Part shown: in pieces, positions 59,582 through 64,000 of the stretch | Numbering within the stretch: the stretch's first letter is position 1 | Layout: every line of letters begins with the position of its first letter | Assembly (NCBI GenBank): GCA_965247775.1 | Contig: OZ252031.1 | Coordinates: 1,692,855-1,756,854 of the forward strand | DNA: 64,000 nt | Direction of reading: 5' to 3' | Origin: Dehalococcoidia bacterium | GTDB taxonomy: Bacteria > Chloroflexota > Dehalococcoidia > Bin125 | The notes under the pieces: model-generated | The model's database searches: none | Seen by the model: only the letters and a program-made list of their open reading frames with translations | Told to the model about the DNA's origin: nothing | Made by a program: the position numbers and the translations under genes

Positions 59582-60448
59582 CTAAGTGCTCTCCCAGCTG
59601 ACGAGCCCGATGCGGTTGGGGGTGCGCAGCCGGACGCCACCGTCGTAGGGCTGGAGCTGGGCCGGTAAGGCGTCGCGGAGGCGCTGGTGCTTAGCGCTGC
59701 CCTGGGCGAGCCAGAGGCGGCGCAAACCGGCCTGCTCCGCCTCTTGGCGGGAGTCGAAGCCCCAGATGTGGTCGCCGAGGAGGCGGACCTCGGGCATGCG
59801 GCCGCGGGCGAGGAGCAGGGCGATGAGTTCGGGCAGGGCGGGGAGCGTGGCGGCGGGCTCGCCGTGGACGGGGGGCCAGAGCGGCTCGAAGGCGGAGAGC
59901 GGGGAGCGCTCGAGCAGGACAGCCACGCAGCCACGAGTGGCAGCGGCCTCGAGGGCGTCGAGGAAGGGACCGATGGCCTCGATGTCGTAGCCGACGTGGG
60001 TGATGAGAGCGACATCGACGGGCGGGGGATCGCCGGCGGGAGGCCAGCGCTCGTCGCGGAGGTCGGTGTTGGTGATGCCGGCCTGACGGGCGACATCTCG
60101 GAAGACCTCGCGCATGCCGGCGCTGGGCTCGACGGCGATGAGACGCCGGACGGCGCGGGCGACGCCGAGGGCGTAGCGGCCGCCGCCGGCGCCGATATCG
60201 AGCCAGGTGTCGCCGGGGCGGGCGAGGGCGAGGATGGCGTTGAGGACGGGGTCGTCGCGGCGGGCGGGGTCGGCGCGGAAGACGGCGGCGACGGGGGCGT
60301 AGAAGTCGTCAGACTCGGCCTCTTCGCGCAGGCGCTCGACCTGGGCGCGATTGGCGGAGACGCGGGCGGCCCAGGCGGCCCGAGCGGCGGCGGGGGTGGC
60401 GATGAGGGCGGGGCCGGGGAGCGCCGGCCGGGGGCGTTGCGAGGTCAT
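59582..60448 (-). CDS. class I SAM-dependent methyltransferase
   Basis: Motif I LDIGAGGGRYA. Confidence 0.75.
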   Translation of the reverse strand: MTSQRPRPALPGPALIATPAAARAAWAARVSANRAQVERLREEAESDDFYAPVAAVFRADPARRDDPVLNAILALARPGDTWLDIGAGGGRYALGVARAVRRLIAVEPSAGMREVFRDVARQAGITNTDLRDERWPPAGDPPPVDVALITHVGYDIEAIGPFLDALEAAATRGCVAVLLERSPLSAFEPLWPPVHGEPAATLPALPELIALLLARGRMPEVRLLGDHIWGFDSRQEAEQAGLRRLWLAQGSAKHQRLRDALPAQLQPYDGGVRLRTPNRIGLVSWEST

Positions 60449-60564
60449 GCGGGCAGGGGAGCAGGCGGGCGGCGGGGGCGCAAGGGAAGCGCCCCGGTGG
60501 TGCGCGGGCGCGGACCGCGGCGGTCTGCCGGCGGGCAGAGCGCGCGCGGATCGGTCGCTACACT

Positions 60565-61452
60565 ATGCGAATGAGCGAACACCCTGCGCTGGAGTTCGAG
60601 GAGCAGCCCCGCCTGCGCCGGCCGCGACTGGTGCTGGCCTGGGCGGGCTGGAACGACGCGGGGGAGGCGGCATCGACGGCGGTGCGCTACCTGGCGGCCT
60701 CGCGGGAGGCGAAGCCCTTCGCGCGGATCGACCCGGAGGAGTTCTACGACTTCACGGAGGCGCGGCCGCTGGCGCGCTACAGCGAGGGCCGGCGCGAGAT
60801 CATGTGGCCGAGCACGGATTTCTACGCGCTGCCGGTGGCGTCGGCGGACGCGGACCTGATCCTGGGGCTGGGGATTGAGCCGAACTACCGCTGGAAGAGC
60901 TACATGGCGGCGGTACGCGCGGTCGTGACGGCGATGGACGTGGAGATGGTGATCACGCTGGGGGCCGTGGTCGCGGGGGTGGCGCACACGCGGCCGGTGG
61001 GGGTGCGGGGGTCGGCGAACGCGGCGACGCTGGCGGAGCGGTACGGCATGCAGCCTTCTCGCTACGAGGGCCCCACGGGGATCGTGGGGGTGTTGCACAA
61101 CGACTGCCGGCGGCACGAAGTCGACGGGATCAGTCTCTGGGCGTCGGTGCCGCATTACCTGCCGGGCCTGACGAATCCCAAGGCGGCCCGGGCGCTGCTG
61201 GAGCGGTTGGGGACGATCTGCGCGCTGCCGGTGGACTACGAGCGCCTGGAGCGGGAGGAGGCGCGCTTCACGCGGCGGGTGGAGGCGGCGCTGGCCGAGA
61301 ACGAGGAGCTGGAGGCGTATGTGCGCCAGTTGGAGGCGCGCGGGGAGGAGGCGACGGATGGGGAGCCGCCGCCGGCCGAGCTGCCCTCGGCGGAGGGGTT
61401 GATCGAAGACTTGGAGGACTACCTGCGGGAGAGTCGTCGGGAGGGGCCCTAG
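60565..61452 (+). CDS. PAC2-family protein (proteasome assembly chaperone-like)
   Basis: N-terminal LVLAWAGWNDAGEAASTAV ... IDPEEFYDF signature of the PAC2 family. Confidence 0.6.
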   Translation: MRMSEHPALEFEEQPRLRRPRLVLAWAGWNDAGEAASTAVRYLAASREAKPFARIDPEEFYDFTEARPLARYSEGRREIMWPSTDFYALPVASADADLILGLGIEPNYRWKSYMAAVRAVVTAMDVEMVITLGAVVAGVAHTRPVGVRGSANAATLAERYGMQPSRYEGPTGIVGVLHNDCRRHEVDGISLWASVPHYLPGLTNPKAARALLERLGTICALPVDYERLEREEARFTRRVEAALAENEELEAYVRQLEARGEEATDGEPPPAELPSAEGLIEDLEDYLRESRREGP

Positions 61453-61500
61453 CAGCGGGAACCGACGAGCGGGCCGGCTGGGCGCGGGAAGGAACAGACG

Positions 61501-61995
61501 ATGGCGGACGAAGCGACAGCGGGACAGCCGGCCGTGGACGAGGTGACGGACGCGGACCGCATGGAGGCGTCGGAGAAGAACGTCGAAAAGATGTGGAAGT
61601 TCGCGCGGAAGTTCGCGGACAAGAGCGGCTCCTACCTGCATCCGCAAGAGGAGATCACGGAGTTTCTGGTGATCGGGCTGGCGAAGCACGTCGACGATCT
61701 GGGCAAGCCGCTCTGCCCCTGCAATTTCTATGAGGACAAAGAGAAAGAGGTGGCGACATCCAACTTCTGGATCTGCCCCTGCGAGGAGATGCAGAAGTGG
61801 AAGTACTGCCATTGACTGCTCTTCTGCGATGCGGAAGGTCTTCCCATCACCGAACACCTGCCGGCCGAACATGAAGGCCGCGAGATCTACGGCGTGATCC
61901 CGGACCCGCAGCCGGAGAAGGGCCGAGCGATCGGCCGGCTGGAGAAGAAGCAGGGGCGACGCATTGAGAAGGGGCGGCGGGCGCCCAAGGACTGA
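61501..61995 (+). CDS. selenoprotein candidate: ferredoxin:thioredoxin reductase catalytic-subunit-like protein with in-frame TGA (Sec105) in the CHC motif (CPC-x16-CPC-x8-CHU)
   Basis: The track ORF 61501..61815 ends at TGA. The frame continues to the TGA at 61993-61995 with FtrC-like sequence (U-LLFCDAEGLPIT versus CHC-MLFLTPDNDFAG). ATG follows gggaagga. A stem-loop lies after the TGA. Confidence 0.7.
61819..61839 (+). promoter_or_regulatory. candidate bacterial SECIS hairpin (cttctgc-GAT-gcggaag) 6-8 nt downstream of UGA
   Basis: 7-bp stem with one G-U pair. Shares the 3' arm GCGGAAG with the NHL gene hairpin. Confidence 0.4.
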
Positions 61996-62103
61996 GGCGA
62001 GGGATCTTGGTGGAACTCGTCGCTTGCCCGGGTGGCGCGGCCCGGCCTACCCTGGGGCGTGCGCCGCTCGGAGATCGACGCGGCGGGCAGTGACGGAGCG
62101 GCA

Positions 62104-62409
62104 ATGGCGAAGAAGAGCCAACTGGCGCGGGAGAAGAAGCGCCGGGCGCTGCATGAGCGCCATCAGGCGGAGCGCGCCGATTTGAACGCGAAGGTGCGTC
62201 AGTCGGCGGACGATCCGCAGGCGCGCTGGGCGGCGCAGATCGCGCTGCAGCGGCTGCCGCGGAACAGCAGCCCGAGCCGGCTGAAGAATCGCTGTGAGGT
62301 GACGGGGCGGTCGCGGGGCTACATGCGCAAGTTCGGGCTATCGCGGATCACGTTCCGGGAGATGGCGTCGCGGGGGCTGCTGCCGGGGATTCGCAAGTCC
62401 TCCTGGTAG
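62104..62409 (+). CDS. rpsN: 30S ribosomal protein S14 (long, non-zinc form)
   Basis: [13 protein letters not shown] ... [28 protein letters not shown] ... GIRKSSW. Confidence 0.85.
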   Translation: MAKKSQLAREKKRRALHERHQAERADLNAKVRQSADDPQARWAAQIALQRLPRNSSPSRLKNRCEVTGRSRGYMRKFGLSRITFREMASRGLLPGIRKSSW

Positions 62410-62589
62410 GCGGCCGCGCATCCAGGCCACCCACCCGGCTCCTCGACTGGGTTCCGCGTTACGTCAAGTTATGCGCATTCGGGCGAAGCGGGTATTTACG
62501 CGGGCCTGGTAAGTATCGTTAACTGCACCTAACGTTGGGTGTTGCTGTGGGCTGTCGCGTCGCGGCGGCCGCTCCGCCTGGGGGTGCAG

Positions 62590-64000
62590 ATGTCGCTGGT
62601 GACTGGCTGGCCCCGTCGCGCACCGCTGTCGCTGGGGCGTCGGGGGGAGGGGCGCGCCTTCGTCTGGGTGCTGGCGCTCCTGGTGGCGGCGGCGATGACG
62701 ATTCCGCTGATCTACCTCGTCGTGCGGGCGGCCGACGCCGACGGGGAGGCCTGGCGAGACCTGACGCGGGCGTCGACCTGGCGGCTGCTGCGGAACACCG
62801 TGCTGCTGGTGCTGGCGGTGACGGGGGCGTCGATCGCGCTGGCGCTGCCGCTGGCCTGGCTGACGGTGCGCACGGACCTGCCCCTGCGGCGCTCCTGGAG
62901 CGTGGTGACGGCGCTGCCCCTGGTGGTGCCATCGTTCGTAGGGGGGATGGCGCTGCTGGCGGCGCTGGGGCCGCAGGGGTCGTTGGCGCGCTTGCTGGGG
63001 CCGCTGGGGGTGGAGCGGCTGCCGACGCTGACCGGTTTCGAGGGGGCTTTCGTGGCGCTGACGCTCTTCACCTACCCCTATCTGCTGCTGACCCTGCGGG
63101 CGGGCTGGCGGGGGATCGACCCGTCGATGGAGGAGGCGTCGCGGGCGCTGGGGCTGGGGCCCTGGCGGACGTTCCTGCGGGTGGTGGCGCCACAGCTGCG
63201 GGTGCCACTCGCGGCGGGGTGCTTGCTGGTGGCGCTGTACGTGGTGAGCGACTTTGGGGCGGTGTCGATCCTCGGCTTCGATACCTTCACGCGGGCGATT
63301 TTCGTGCAGATGCAGAGCAGCTTCGATCGCTCGGCGGCGGCGGTGCTGGGGCTGGCGCTGGTGGCGCTGGTGGCGGGGGTGCTGCTGCTGGAGGCGCTGG
63401 CGCAGTCGCGGGGGCGGTACCACCGCACGGGGGCCGGGCCGGCGCGGCGGGCGCGGGTGGTGCGGTTGGGGCGCTGGCGCTGGCCGGCGACGGCGTTCCT
63501 GGCGCTGGTGACGCTGGCGGCGTTGGGGGCGCCGCTGGGCGTGCTGCTGGACTGGCTGGTGCGCGGGCTGCGCAACAACGTGGCGCTGGGTGATCCGTTG
63601 GGGGCGGCCTGGCACTCGACCTCGGTGTCGCTGGCGGCGGCGGTGATCGCGCTGGGGGCGGCGCTGCCGGTGGCGCTGGTGACGGTGCGACGGCCGGGGG
63701 CGCTGGCGAGGCTGCTGGAGCGGGTGAGCTACATGGGCTTCGCGCTGCCGGGGATCGTGGTGGCGCTGGCGCTGGTGTTCTTCTCGCTGCACGTGGTGCC
63801 GGGGCTGTACCAGAGCTGGTGGGTGCTGGTGTTTGCCTACCTGGTGCTGTTCCTGCCGCAGGCGCTGGGGCCGCTGCGGTCGTCGCTGGTGCGAGTGCGG
63901 CCGAGCATTGAAGAAGCCGCGCGGGGGCTGGGCCGCGGGCCGGCGGCGGTGCTGGCGACAGTGACGCTGCCGCTGCTGGCGCCCGGGCTGGCGGCGGGAT
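62590..64000 (+). CDS. ABC transporter permease, two-module FbpB/ThiP-type (partial, runs off the window end)
   Basis: ATG 62590 frame (MSLVTGWPRR ...) with multiple TM helices and the EAA loop IEEAARGLGRGPAAVLATVTLPLLAPGL. Not in the ORF track because it is truncated by the window edge. Confidence 0.7.
   Translation, partial: MSLVTGWPRRAPLSLGRRGEGRAFVWVLALLVAAAMTIPLIYLVVRAADADGEAWRDLTRASTWRLLRNTVLLVLAVTGASIALALPLAWLTVRTDLPLRRSWSVVTALPLVVPSFVGGMALLAALGPQGSLARLLGPLGVERLPTLTGFEGAFVALTLFTYPYLLLTLRAGWRGIDPSMEEASRALGLGPWRTFLRVVAPQLRVPLAAGCLLVALYVVSDFGAVSILGFDTFTRAIFVQMQSSFDRSAAAVLGLALVALVAGVLLLEALAQSRGRYHRTGAGPARRARVVRLGRWRWPATAFLALVTLAALGAPLGVLLDWLVRGLRNNVALGDPLGAAWHSTSVSLAAAVIALGAALPVALVTVRRPGALARLLERVSYMGFALPGIVVALALVFFSLHVVPGLYQSWWVLVFAYLVLFLPQALGPLRSSLVRVRPSIEEAARGLGRGPAAVLATVTLPLLAPGLAAG

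Overview
Roughly 70% GC bacterial chromosomal segment (Actinobacteria- or Chloroflexi-like; organism not identified) with about 60 genes, mostly housekeeping. It carries a 2-oxoacid dehydrogenase E1alpha plus lpd; an archaeal-type iPGM (apgM) with an NMNAT-like nucleotidyltransferase; a peptidoglycan amidase; a PhoB/PhoR-like two-component pair directly upstream of pstS-pstC-pstA-pstB-phoU; ltaE; and mobA divergent from a YqeC-family protein. It also has a Cys-type NAD-dependent formate dehydrogenase (fdsGB-fdsA), gltX followed by tRNA-Gln and tRNA-Glu, rluD-lspA, and a 23S rRNA with a canonical TTGACA promoter, no 16S upstream and an initiator tRNA-Met downstream. The rest includes ktrB-ktrA, a CoxG-CoxS-CoxM (xanthine dehydrogenase family) set without a large subunit, a tungsten-type aldehyde:ferredoxin oxidoreductase, two F420-type LLM oxidoreductases, rpsN and a partial ABC permease. 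The main hunt result is that three genes the ORF track splits or truncates are best read as selenoproteins, each with an in-frame TGA exactly where a redox Cys is expected and followed by a stem-loop, and they look like part of a selenium-utilisation trait that also includes the YqeC-family protein. They are an NHLRC2-like thioredoxin-fold/NHL-repeat protein (A-U-I-N-C in place of the canonical C-C-I-N-C), an iodothyronine-deiodinase-like protein (G-A-M-T-U-P-P-Y), and a ferredoxin:thioredoxin-reductase catalytic-subunit-like protein (C-H-U in place of C-H-C). Other oddities include 31-bp, 37-bp, 15-bp and other tandem repeats, an orphan lpd C-terminal fragment, a frameshifted MaoC gene, a 52-aa LLM N-terminal remnant, a histone-like Lys/Ala tail on E1alpha, and candidate Pho-box direct repeats. 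Many long Pro/Arg/Ala-rich ORFs in the track are GC shadow ORFs and are rejected. Coordinates of features not in the ORF track are hand-counted and may be off by 1-2 nt.
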